This document shows positions 51,810-64,000 of a DNA stretch of 64,000 bases, piece by piece (position 1 is the first letter of the stretch; the number at the start of each line of letters is the position of its first letter). The stretch is from Octopus sinensis. Its lineage: Eukaryota. The position numbers and the translations under genes were made by a program. The DNA lies in assembly GCF_006345805.1 (NCBI RefSeq), contig NC_043001.1, positions 2,542,001-2,606,000 of the forward strand, given 5' to 3'. A model generated the notes under the pieces. That model worked only from the letters and a program-made list of their open reading frames with translations. It was not told the DNA's origin and did no database searches.

Positions 51810-54150
51810 ATTTCATTTCATTTCATTTCATTTGAGTTTGAGTCCATGCTCAGGCCAAGTCGAAGACTCCACCCTCAGAGTCTGGTGTGGTTGCCAGGTT
51901 GTATTCTCTGTTTAATTTTGACATGTGTAGGAGCGAGTTTGAGTCAGTTTGTGCTCGTTGTGTATATCCTGGGAGATGGGGTTCATCTCTAATGGTGCTT
52001 AAGTATCTATCCAGCTGCAATTTGAATGATTCCACACTGCATCCTGATAGATTTCTGACATGTACCGGAATGGAGTTGAATAGTTGTGCTCCTCGAACCA
52101 ACAGACTTGATTCTCGCAGGGTTTTTGCTGCCTGGCCAGCCTTTTTGTTGATTGGTGGTAGCTGGCAGCGTCTTCCGTGGCGCAGTGAGTGGTAGGTTTT
52201 GATACCAAAGTTTGGCACCTTTTGCTCTATTATTTTCCAAATGTATATAATTCGGTATCGCTGAAATCTTCTTTCTATTGAGTACATCCTCAATGTTTTG
52301 AGTCTTTGCCAATAGTCCAGGTCCCTCGTTTCTGAGAAGTATGAGGGAAAATTTCTTTGGAGCGATTCCATCTTAGATAGTTAGCCCTTTGTTGTTGGTG
52401 ACCACAACTGAGAACAGTAGTCAATCCTCGGAAGTATCATACTGTTCCAGAGGGTTTTCATTGTTGAGGTATCTCTTGATTTGAATGTGCACAAGATCCA
52501 CCCGCTGTACTTTCTTGCAGTAAGACAGACTGAGTCAAGGTGTTCTCTGAATTTTAGGCTGGTTCCCATGTGGATGCCTAAATCTTTCACATACTGTTTT
52601 TCCATTATTTGTTGTCCTGATGGGTTTCTGTAGTTTGTTGTATTTTTCAGATCTTGATCTGTTCCGTAGCGAATTAGTTCAAACTTCTTATCATTGAACA
52701 ACATGTTGTTTGTTTCCTGCCATTTATATATGGTGGTCAGGTCCTTTTGTAAGGCCTCTGTATCCACCTCGTCTTTGATTTGTCTCATGACCCTGGTGTC
52801 ATCAGCAAAGGATGAGACGTTGCTGGTTGTATCTTCATCTATGTCAGAGATGAGGATGAGAAACAGGATTGGGCCGAGTACTGTACTCTGAGGAACACTG
52901 CTGGTCACAGGTGATGGTGTTGAATGGGTTCCATTCACAGTGACTGTTTGAGTTCTATTTGTAAGGAACTCATGTATCCATGTACCAACTTTTCCTCCTA
53001 CTCCTAGTTTTCGAAGTTTGTGACCCAGGATGCCATGATCTACCTTGTCAAATGCGTTGGCAAAGTCGAGGTAAATAACATCTGTGTTGTATCCATTCTC
53101 TAGATTTTCTAGGATTTGGTCATGGTGTGCCAGTAGTTGGGAAAGACATAATCTACCTAACCTGAATCCATGCTGGTTGCAATTCATCAGATTGTTGGAT
53201 TCCAGGAACTCAACCAGTTTTCCACGAACTATTCTTTCGAAGACCTTGATAATGTGTGATGTCAGCGAGATTGGTCGATAGTTCTTTGGTTTTGATTTGC
53301 TGTCCCCTTTATGTATTGGAGTTATGTGTGTTTCTTTATATGTATTTGGTATTTTGCCATTCTCCATAGATTCCCTCCATATCATGTAAAGGGGTTTCAA
53401 CAATTGTACCTTGCAGTTTTTAAGTATCATGGCATTGAAACCGTCAGGCCCCGCAGCCGAGTGCATGGAGAGCTTGTCTATGGCTCTTGCTATGTCTTCT
53501 GGGTTGAAATCAATGTCGGATAGGGTAGGTTTAGTATGGTCGATATCCTTGAAGAATTTTCCTGGGTCATGGATCTTCATGGTTTTAGATGGCTCACTGA
53601 AGACACTTTCATACTGTTGACCCAACATTTCTGCCATTTCAATAGGGTTATTCACTACATCCCCATTTTGTCTCTGGAGAGGTCCTATGTTGACTTGGTA
53701 TTCGAGTAATTCTTTGCAAAACTGTAGAAACATTTTGGATTTTTCTTGATGTTTTCTATGGCTCTCTTTTCTGCATTGTTACGTTCTTCAACATAGTGTT
53801 GTTTTAGATTGTCTTCTAATCTGTATATTTGGTCAAGGACTTTCTGTAATTCATGTTTTGATGTCAGCTTAGATGTTTTGTTTCTTAGTCTTGACCTTTT
53901 GCGCATCAGGATCTTTCGATCCCGTGGTACAGGTTTTTTTGTGGATTTGGTTTTCTTAAGAGGAATATTTTTTGCACATATTTCTTCGATCTTGTTTAAG
54001 AATTTCTTGTGTTTATCTGGCCCAGTAAGGTAGAGATCCCAGTCAATGATTTGTAACTGGTTGTTAATAGTTTCCCAATTTGCCTGGTGATAATCATACC
54101 TGCATAGCTTTGGCATGTCCTTTTGTATGTAGGTGTGCAGGTGCATCAAC
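51810..54150 (-). mobile_element. 5'-truncated CR1-group LINE (RT), two visible frame disruptions
   Basis: NYRPISLTS, NQHGFR, IYLDFANAFDKVDH, VPQSTVLGPILF, FADD, KDLGI; frameshift at about 53690, in-frame TAA at 52381; (ATGAA)n tail 51810-51833. Confidence 0.92.
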
Positions 54151-54469
54151 CCCAGGGCTTAACTAATACTTGTTTTATCGACCCCACCCCACCAAAAGGA
54201 TGGAAGGAAGAATATAAAGGCGAATGAAATGCCACAAAACATTTTGTTCCATGGGCTAAGGACTCAGCCGACTTGCTGATTATGTATACATTTATGTGTG
54301 CGCAGGTGTGTGTGTGTGTGTGCGCATGTGTGTGTGTGTGTACAGCAAGAACAGTTGTCACTAAAGTGATGGAGGGTGTTTGTAAGCACCAGCATTGCTA
54401 GAAATAAGAGTCAAAACAACTCTTAGCCACATGGGAGCACTTTTCTAACGACTGACAAGGGAACAAAGT

Positions 54470-54948
54470 GGCTGAGCTTCTTTCAAATGTTGGGCCTCAC
54501 AGAGGCAAAGTAGCTCAGTTCCTTTTGAGTGTTGGGAGGTGAGGTGGCTGAGTTCCTTTTGAATGGGCCTCATAGAGGCAAAGTGGCCAATCTCCTGGGT
54601 CTCATGGAATCAAAGTGACTAAGCTCCCTTTGAGTGTTGGGCCTCACAGAGGCAATGATCGACACCTTTGGCATTCTGTTGTGCTTGAGAAGAAGACCCA
54701 TCAAGCTGAGCAAAATTTCAGTCGTGGTAGATACCATTGTCACGCAAATTGGCACCTGTGCCAGTGGCAAACAAATGCACCCCACTGATACAGAAATGGC
54801 ACCTGTACCAGTGGCACATAAAAGCATCCATTACACTCTGAGAGTGGTTGGTGTTAGGAAGGATATCGAGCTGTAGAAAACCATGCCAAATCAGACTGTT
54901 CAATGCAAGCCAGCATGGACAATGGATGTTAAATGATGATGATGATGA
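54470..54948 (+). mobile_element. RTE 3' end preceded by tandem repeats of about 40 bp derived from the ORF end
   Basis: Repeated GTTGGGCCTCACAGAGGCAA units, then LGLTEAM..., UTR and (GAT)n. Confidence 0.7.
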
Positions 54949-55035
54949 GATATATACATATATATATATACATATATACATATATATATGTACATACATA
55001 CATATATATACATATACATATAGATACATATATAT

Positions 55036-55095
<60 letters not shown>

Positions 55096-56022
55096 ATATG
55101 ATGTATTTATGTATGTAGGTGCCAGCATGGAAAACAACAGATGTTAAATGATGATGATGATCTATCTATCTATCTATATATATATATAGTATTTCCACCC
55201 AAAATGGAGATGAGTAGCAACACTTCCATGTGCTGTGTCAGGCTTGAACAATGGTGTAGATCTCTTCACATGAAACCCGTCTTGCTTTGTTATATATATA
55301 TGTGTGTATATACAGCTATGTGCATTTGATTTTTCTTTGAGTAGTATCCAAGTTCTTCTTATGAGAGTTCAAGCTGATTGCTAACAAAGTGACAAGATTT
55401 GTATGTACGTACGTATGTATGGATGGATGGGTTTCCTTAAGAGGTTGGCGGTATCCAATTAGTGCCAGGATTGAATTTTCTATATTCATCCAAGGAGGGA
55501 TGAAAGTATGCCTTGGAAGACGTTTCATCACAGAACATAAATAATTATAATTAAATACTGCAAGGTTTTTGGCTCAATGCTCAGATATGTCATTTCATAA
55601 AAAGCAATGCTGAAATGAATAGAGACTTAAAGTGAACAATATCAACCACCACCACCAATGCCACCAGCACCGCCACCATTCCAACCATCACAATCACCCC
55701 GTTCCTCTGCTGCCTCATATGAAATAAACATATTGTTGCATTGATTGTTGGCGGTAATGAAATCTAAGATAAGCCAAAAGAAAACTAATTCTTGGAAATA
55801 TAAAATGTCGTGCTACGAAGCAATTATGAGTCCAAGAAATATCACAATTAGTTCTTTAAAAAAAACCATTTTCTAATGAGGCAATTAGGAGTTCAACTAA
55901 TGTCGTGATTAACACACCAAAATTAACAACACTTTAAAAAAATAAACAAATAACATGGAAGTATGTTCATCTTGTTTTATTGGAATAATTTTTATTAGTT
56001 TTGGTAGATAAAGATTTTACAG

Positions 56023-56157
56023 TAAATGTCAACAAAGCTCACCTGCCTGAAAATCGAATCTTTCTTGGTTTTCAAACATCAGAAATGTTTCACAAGAGTA
56101 CGGAGAACAAAGGCAAAGAAAAGAATGTCTACATGGAAGATCAGGAGACTAGAAATG
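56023..56157 (+). CDS. candidate exon (xNVNKAHLPENRIFLGFQTSEMFHKSTENKGKEKNVYMEDQETRN); strand ambiguous
   Basis: gattttacag|...|gtagct, 135 nt, symmetric phase 1; a minus-strand CAG|gtgagc donor also lies at about 56043. Confidence 0.35.
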
Positions 56158-56211
56158 GTAGCTAAACTTCCTTCAAACCACACACTGCGGTTTAAAAAAA
56201 AAGCAGGCTTG

Positions 56212-56466
56212 TTTTTTATTTACTTGTTTCAGTCATTAGACTGTGGCCATGCTGGGGCACCACATTGAAGAATTTTTTAGCCAAACAGATTGACATCAGT
56301 ACTTATGTTTTTTTACTTTTTTGAAACCTGGTGCTTATTCTGTCAGTCTGTTTTGCTGATCCGCTAAGTTACCAGAACATTAAAAACACGAACACAGGTT
56401 GTCAAACAGTTGTGGAAGGACAAATGCAGACACAAAGACACACTCATAGATTTGTATATATAATAA

Positions 56467-56530
<64 letters not shown>

Positions 56531-57040
56531 ATTGATCAAAATGGTAAGACAACAAAAGAATGAAAGAGATCTTGATATTATGTAAATAGAGAAATTTATT
56601 TGTAAAAGTAATATGTGACAATTATTTGGTAGCCATGATAAAACTCCGAGTTTCAGATGCCGCAGTGGAAATCCACGCTGCCATCTCTTCGGTTATCTGG
56701 CCATCGGAAAAATGCTATGAAAATCCATGAAGAGATTTTCATAGCATTTTTTCCAATGGCTGGATAATTGAAGAGATGGTGGCGTGGATTTCCACCTCGG
56801 CATCTGAAACTCGGAGTTTTATCATGGCTACAAAATAGTTGTCATATATTACTTTTACAGATATAAATTTATATATATATATACGATGAGCTTCTTTCAG
56901 TTTCCACCTGCTAAATCCATTCACGAGGCTTTGATCATTCTTAGGATATAGTAGAAGACACTTGCCCGAGGTGTGATGCAGTGGAACTGAACCAGGAGAC
57001 TTGTGGTTGGGAAACAAGCTTCTTACCACAGTCACAGCTA
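56212..57040 (-). mobile_element. CORE-like SINE split by an insertion in its internal (TA)n
   Basis: Tail half 56212-56460, head half 56880-57040. Confidence 0.7.
56592..56870. mobile_element. hairpin/foldback element of about 270 bp (MITE-like)
   Basis: Arms are reverse complements around an 8-nt loop (CATGAAGA, 56726-56733). Confidence 0.8.
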
Positions 57041-57091
57041 TGTCTAGAATATCTGAAGCCAAAAACTTACTCAGTAAGAACTGATGAATGT

Positions 57092-57320
57092 TTAACCCTT
57101 TTGCTACTGTATTTATTTTGAGATGCTCTGTGTTTCTTTAAATTAATTTTAGATATAACAAGGAATTTAGTAAAACAACTTAGTTACCATTCAGCAAGTG
57201 TTAGGAACATAACTTGTGACTAAGATTTGGTGGAAGATTTTAATTCAAAACTTATGAAAACAAGACATTTGTACTCAGAGCCAGAGCCAGTTTCAACTAG
57301 GTTGGTAATGAAAGGGTTAA
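57092..57320. mobile_element. piggyBac-type MITE
   Basis: TTAA-CCCTTTTGCTAC...GGTAATGAAAGGG-TTAA; a relative lies at about 20190-20390. Confidence 0.7.
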
Positions 57321-57770
57321 ACAAACACAAACTGTTGATAGCTTCTACAAGGAAGCCCCCTTGGAAGAAGAAAACTGGGGAGAATTTACCTGTAATTTTA
57401 GGGAAGGGAAGATAGAAGATTGCCATGCATGTGTAACTTCCAAGGATATCAAAATGTGGACAACAATAATTTCAAACAAAACTGGAACCACTTGCGCTCT
57501 TGGACCTGCTGTTAACTCCATGATGACCACCACTCTTGAACGTATATTTCTTCTTCAATTCTTTTGCTATTTCCAGCCATTGGTGTGTGGCCATACTGGG
57601 GCACCACCTTCAGTTTTTTTTTTTGACAACCATATCAATGTTAGAAATTATTTTAGTTGAGTATATATTTTATCAATGTCTTTTTGCTGAACCACTAAGT
57701 TACAGGATATAACCTAAACAGCTGTACCAGTGTGTATATAAACATAAATGCAGACACACACACACACACA

Positions 57771-58341
57771 CACATGCAGTGTGTATGCATGTCTAATGCT
57801 TCCCTTTGGTGATGAATGAGGAGAGAACTCAATATATGGTGTATAATACATCTTTTATCTTTTACCTGTTTCAATCATCAGACTGTGGCCAAACTGGGGC
57901 ACCACCTTGAAGAAACTTTTGTGAAACAAATTTGACACCAAGCACTTTTTCTTTTTAGCCTAGTACTTATTCTATCGTTCCCTTTTGCTGAACTGCTAAG
58001 CTAAGCACTGTGGTGGAGGACAAACACAGGCACAAAGACATGCACACACACACACACACCACACACACACACACATGCAGTGTGTATGCATGTCTAATGC
58101 TTCCCTTGGTGATGAATGAGGAGAGAACTCAATATATGGTGTATAATACATCTTTTATCTTTTACCTGTTTCAATCATCAGACTGTGGCCAAACTGGGGC
58201 ACCACCTTGAAGAAACTTTTGTGAAACAAATTTGACACCAAGCACTTTTTCTTTTTAGCCTAGTACTTATTCTATCGTTCCCTTTTGCTGAACTGCTAAG
58301 CTAAGCACTGTGGTGGAGGACAAACACAGGCACAAAGACAT

Positions 58342-58350
<9 letters not shown>
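57771..58350. repeat. near-identical tandem duplication, period about 300 bp
   Basis: 57771-58050 versus 58072-58350 differ by about one indel; breakpoints lie in (CA)n. Confidence 0.9.
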
Positions 58351-58376
<26 letters not shown>

Positions 58377-59159
58377 CACACAAACACACATGCTCACACA
58401 CATGTGTGTGTGTGTGTATGACAGGCTTCTTTCAGTTTCCATCTACCATATCCACCCACAAGGCTTTGATCAGCCCAGAGCTATAGGAAAAATACCTTTC
58501 TCTGTGATGCCATGCTGTGGGGTTGATCCTGGAACTAAGTGGTTGGGAAGCGAATCTCTTACCACACAGCCAGGCGTTTGCCTTTTGGTTATCAACTTAT
58601 TTTTTTCTGTCATGTCTGCTGGCCTTGTGCCGAAATTAGAAACGATTATTATTATCGTTTTAAGGCTGGTGACATGGCATTGGGAAAATGTTTTGTGGGA
58701 TATTTTTCTGGCTTTTGAGATGCTGAGTTCGAATCCTTTTAGAGACCCTTCAAGTTACGGGCTCAATGTAATTGGTTCACCCACTCCCATCAAAATTGCC
58801 ACCCTTGTGCCTAAACTAGACGCATTTGTTGTTGTTGTTGTCATTGTCATCATCGTTTTTGTAGTTGTTGTTGTTGTTGCTGTTGTTGTTGTTGCTGGAA
58901 GGATGGGAGAAAAATTCATTAGGACATTTGTTCCTGCCCTTTAAATTTTGAGATCAAATCCCACCAAAGCCAACTTCACTTTACTTCCTTTGAAGTTCCA
59001 CAAACAGTGTACCAGTCACGTACTGGGGTAGACTTATTTGGCTGCCCTTTTGTTCCATCAAATGTCTGACCTTGTGCTTATAAAAGATATTTTCATTATT
59101 TCTAAAATTATTATTCAACTCAGTGATCAGGCAGGGTCATTTGCCTGTGAGAGGTGAAA

Positions 59160-59432
59160 TGCACATGGCTTAGAAGCAAGGGCGCCTGACTGACAATTGT
59201 AAGGTCATGAGTTCGATTCCCAGCAGCACATTGTGTCCTTGAGCAAGACACTTTATTTCACATTGCCCCAGTCCATTCAGCTGGCAAAAATGAGTTGTAC
59301 CTGTAATTCATAGGAGCCAGCCATGTCACATTCTATGTCATACTGAGTCTCCATGAGAATTATGTTAAGGGTTACACATGTCTGTGGAGTACTCAGCCAC
59401 TTGCACGTTAATTTCACGAGCAGGCTGTTCCT
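59160..59432 (+). mobile_element. V/Meta-like tRNA SINE
   Basis: A box-like TGGCTTAG, B box GAGTTCGATTCC, GTGTCCTTGAGCAAGACACTTTATTTC. Confidence 0.8.
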
Positions 59433-60409
59433 TACCAGGGGCTGAGGAAATAATGATACCAGCTACCTACTGGGCGTGGGTGATCAATATAATTTACTGT
59501 TTACCTGTGTCAATATGCAAAGGGTTAGCACGGTACTATAAAACTGAAATCTTAGCCAAAACGTAGGGGTCTAATGACAGATGAAGGGCTGCACTAATAC
59601 ATTCCCATCACATCGATATTATCTATCTTTACCTGGATCTTAGCCAAAATGCCAAGAACCAAAAGGATTGAGGTTGGCTTTACCTTTCATCCATTCAGGG
59701 CTGATAAAAAAATTACCAGTCATGTACTGGGGTTGAAGTAATCAATTGATTCCCAGCCCGAAATTACTGGCCTTGTGCCATATATTGAAACGAATATTAT
59801 CTTTCTATAACACTGTGAATTATTACCAACATGCACACATGTTTATATACAGACACATGTAGAGACCCTCCCGTCACACATGTACCCAGACAGAAAATCT
59901 TTCTTTAAAAAGAAAGAAAAGAAACAGCCCTCATTGAAGTGGAATACAAGAATAAAAGGAAGGAAAAACAGGAATTACAAACCATTCTGTTTTGTAAAAG
60001 AAAGCAAAGTACATTTGATAGTAATTTCTTTTACCGGTCGAGTCTCAATTTCCTTTTAGTATGTCATTGAATAACTGTAGTTATATCTTTATTATTTGCT
60101 TTATTGAAACCCCTTAAGATGAAAGATAAAGTCAACAGTGAGGGAATCTAAACTCAATGTATATAACAGGGAGAAGACTTAGAATTAATAATGTGAGGAA
60201 TTTAGTGGAAAAGCTCCATCAATTCTACCCCACCACCATCCCACCCTCTCACCACCACTACCAACACCATCACCATCGGCATCTTCTCTCTGACACCCTT
60301 TCTGTTGAAAAAATATTAATAGGAAGCATGGCTTCTCTCTAAATTCATCAATAATTTACTCGTTATTTCTACCGATTATTGATCCATTGGGAATCAGTCT
60401 GAATGCTAC

Positions 60410-60497
60410 GTCGATATATACATACATACAAACATACAGACATATATGTATATTCATATATAATATATAGATAAATATATATATGTATATATATATG

Positions 60498-60529
<32 letters not shown>

Positions 60530-60654
60530 TAATTATATATATACATATAAATATTATTATATATATACATATATATATACATATATATACATACATATAT
60601 ATACATATACACGTACATATATATATACATGCACACACATGCATATATATGCAG

Positions 60655-60699
<45 letters not shown>

Positions 60700-60744
60700 C
60701 ATGCACATAAACACACACATACATATTTATACATACATATGTAC

Positions 60745-60775
<31 letters not shown>

Positions 60776-60790
60776 ATATATATATCCATA
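60410..60790. repeat. (TA)/(CA) microsatellite field
   Basis: Directly visible. Confidence 0.95.
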
Positions 60791-61254
60791 GAAATCATTT
60801 CAAAATGAATATTGGTAAACATTTCATTTATGATTTGTTTGTTTATATCTTAAGCTTTAGTTATGGTTAATGCATCATTGAGTCGCTTGTCAAGATCTAT
60901 AGGATGCCTGAACCATAAAATTAACCACGCTTGAATGATCATTGCTTCACTGGGAAAAAACCTCTTATCCTCCTAACATGAAAAATGGACGTCAGACAGA
61001 GAGACTTACCACTATAAGGGAGACGTAGATGCATACGGACACCAACAGTTTGCATGTGTATACAGACTTACGTACATCATACATATATCTATACATCTAT
61101 GTAAATGTGCAGGTGTGTGTGTATGTTGATGTATATATATTCATATATGCACAAACACATATTATCATATATATATACATATATGCATATGTATTTATGT
61201 ACATCTAGATCTATATATATGAATGCATTTATGCACACACACACACACACACAA

Positions 61255-61301
<47 letters not shown>

Positions 61302-61993
61302 AAGAGAGAGAGGGGTGGGGTAGAGTATAAATGAACTGAAAATCTATGCACTGCTTGTAGCAATTAAATAGAGTTTACAGAGACACAGGAACCCCCTTGT
61401 CTTAAGATAATGGTGAAAGAAAAGAATAAAGCTGAGTGAGGCATTATAATTGGCACCTGTCATGTAAGGTATCTTTTTTACCTGTTCACTGAAGATTCCC
61501 TGTTCACCTGATATACGTGAAAGGGTCAGAATGACCGAATGTACAAGTTATAGGTCAGTTGGTTAATGCTGAAATAAAATGGCCGTGTCAGTATAGAATT
61601 AAATTACCCACTCAGAGCCTAAACGATTTCGATTCAATGCCAATATTTAATTGTGTATTTAGGCAGCAGCTCACTTCACATCCACGTGGTGCAGTTTTTT
61701 TAATTTCTGTCAAGAAACACTATCAGTTTATTCAAGAAAATTATGTCAGATGGGTCCTTGGTCCTGTCTTGGGAGAAATCTATTCCTCATCTGTTTAACA
61801 CAATAAAACTGCAGTTAAGTGTCAAGTGTTCCTTAGAAGGCCATTTCAAAGGAATTAGATGATTCAGTCATGTGTGTCCGTGTGTGTGTGTGTCTGTGCG
61901 TGTGTGATTATATTGTCATATTCCTATTCCAGCATTTGCCTTGTGCTCACTTATATGGAAGAGGAAAATAACTAAATAAAAATATAAATATAC

Positions 61994-62219
61994 TTAACCT
62001 CTTACCATGTGAACCACTCATATCCAGCCCAAATACTCTACCTGTGTTATGTTCAAACTGGTTAGATGTGCATCTTCTCACACCTGCCCTGCAATGTTAC
62101 ACTTCAAATAAACGATTGCCTCTTTGAAATCCCAAAGCTAGGAAATAAAATGCGATTAATTCAAATCAATGTGAATAAATATTGTGTTTGACAGGGGAAT
62201 CGGAATGGTAAAGGGTTAA
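61994..62219. mobile_element. piggyBac-type MITE, second family
   Basis: TTAA-CCTCTTACCAT...ATGGTAAAGGG-TTAA. Confidence 0.7.
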
Positions 62220-62459
62220 GCCATGGAAGTAACTTTATTGCTCCCCCTGGTGGGTTATTGAACAAATGGCTGAATAAACAATCAGGCAAAACTTGAGGAA
62301 TTTTATAATGAATTTGACTCTCGTTTCAAGGAAGATCCTTCCCATAAATAAATGATCTGTTGTTATTAAAATGACTTTAAGATAATGAATTTAAATAAAG
62401 AGAAACAATTCAATTATTAATTTATAAAGTAATCAGTGTGACATTTTGTAGGACACGCA

Positions 62460-63000
62460 TCACTACCACCACCACCACCATCATCATCATTATCATCACC
62501 ACCAGTACCAGCACCAGCGTCACGACAATCACCACAACAATCATCATCATCATCATCATTATCACCACCACCACCATTATCATCATCATCATCACCACCA
62601 TCATCTTCGTCATTGTCATCACCATCATCGTCATCCTCATCACCATCATTGTCATCATCATCACCATCATCACCATCATCACCATCATCATCACCATCAC
62701 CACCATCATTATCGTCATTGTCATCACCATCATCATCATCCTCTTCACCATCATTGCCATCGTCATCATCATCCTCATCACCATCCTCATCACCATAACC
62801 ATCATCGTTGTTGTCATTGTCATCACCATGGTTGTTCTCATCATCATTTAACATCCATTCACCATGCTGGCATCCATTGAATGACTGGGCAGGATGTATG
62901 TAGCTGGAATGTTGTATCATATTCCAAACTCTGTATCAACATGGCCTCTACCACTGGATGCCATTCCTAACGAATTTACAGAGCGTAATGGGTGCTTTGT
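62460..63000 (-). repeat. (CAT/CAC)n array grown from an RTE-type SINE tail
   Basis: Array 62460-62845 abuts TTTAACATCCATTCACCATGCTGGC. Confidence 0.8.
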
Positions 63001-63450
63001 ATACTGAATTAGACCAAGCAGGGCCACCACAGAACTTGCAAAACTAAGGTCCGTTTCCACTAAGGAATACTATTCTATAGAAGGAGCCTGATGTATTTAT
63101 GCGAAATGTTGAGAAGTTTGAAAGAAGGGCAAAGTTTTGGGTGTGGAGGAAATATGTCCACCTTGCATCACATAAGGGTACATGGGAATAATTTGAAAGG
63201 TACTGGAAGAGAGATAAAGGTGATGAGAACAAGGTGCTTGGGTCAGCCTGTGAGGTACAAGAAGGTTAATAGTACAGAGAGTGGGGACAGAAGGGTGGAT
63301 GGGCGGAGAATGCAAGAATGTCTGTGGAGAGTGAGGAATGGTTAGAGATCAAAGAGAAATGCACAACTATCATAATCAGAGTTGTCTCCATTTAACAGTA
63401 TATTTATATGAATATGTATGTAAATATATATATGTGTATATATATATATA

Positions 63451-63490
<40 letters not shown>

Positions 63491-63491
<1 letters not shown>

Positions 63492-64000
63492 CCTCTAACA
63501 ATATCAGAGACCTGGGTGTAATTGTTGATGACGATCTCAGTTGGAGTGCACACATCAACAAGAAGGTTGATATAGCTCGTAGGATGTGTTCCTGGATCCT
63601 AAGAACTTTCCGGTCCAGAGAACAAGGTGTCATCATACCACTTTTTTCCTCCTTTGTACAGCCACACCTTGAATACTGCTGCCCACTGTGGTCTCCTCAC
63701 ACAAGACAAAACATCTCCAGAATTGAGTCACCCCAGAGGGCACTCACGAAACGAATTGAAGGCATGGCTGCTCTCGATTATTGGGATCACCTTAAAGCCT
63801 TGAAACTTTACTCTCTCCAGCGTCGCCGTGAGCGGTACATCATTTGTACGATGTGGAAAATATACCGCCAACTTTGCCCAAGCGACTTAAACATTAGCTT
63901 CAAGGTTCATCCCCTGCCCAATTCAAGATCACAACATACATGTACACTGCAACATAATTTCTTTTCCTCAACAGGCCCTGCCCTATTTAACATTGTCCCG
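63491..64000 (+). mobile_element. CR1-group LINE 3' portion, 5'-truncated at (TA)n; frame open to the window end
   Basis: IRDLGVIVDDDLSWSAHI...HLEYCCPLWSP...LKLYSLQRRRER. Confidence 0.9.

Noticed and set aside
59160-59225. tRNA-like A/B boxes (also at 22043, 47991 and others)
   Set aside because: These are SINE heads that continue into SINE bodies; no full cloverleaf
62417-62920. Asp-rich 167-aa ORF resembling an acidic biomineral protein
   Set aside because: It is the expanded (GAT)n tail of an RTE-type SINE; its N-terminus is SINE sequence

Overview
AT-rich, repeat-dominated animal genomic DNA. The SINE families, LINE clades and microsatellite load are most consistent with Octopus, a coleoid cephalopod (inference from recognising the repeats; no database search was run). 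Most listed ORFs are microsatellite or antisense artefacts. The recognisable protein-coding material is all mobile: two restriction-like-endonuclease (R4/Dong-type) LINEs, each embedded in a different microsatellite ((TAA)n and (TACA)n), two CR1-group LINEs, RTE fragments and a decayed full-length mariner. There are also many tRNA-derived SINEs, piggyBac-type MITEs and two roughly 270-300 bp palindromes. Two things stand out. First, a 1.3 kb cluster (17.4-18.7 kb) holds four minimal type I hammerhead-like motifs in Penelope-like terminal repeats, three with a CCGA core instead of CUGA. Second, chains of small, phase-compatible + strand exon candidates (16-30 kb and 37-48 kb) suggest one or more unidentified host genes, but I cannot name a product. 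No rRNA, true tRNA gene or CRISPR array is supported.
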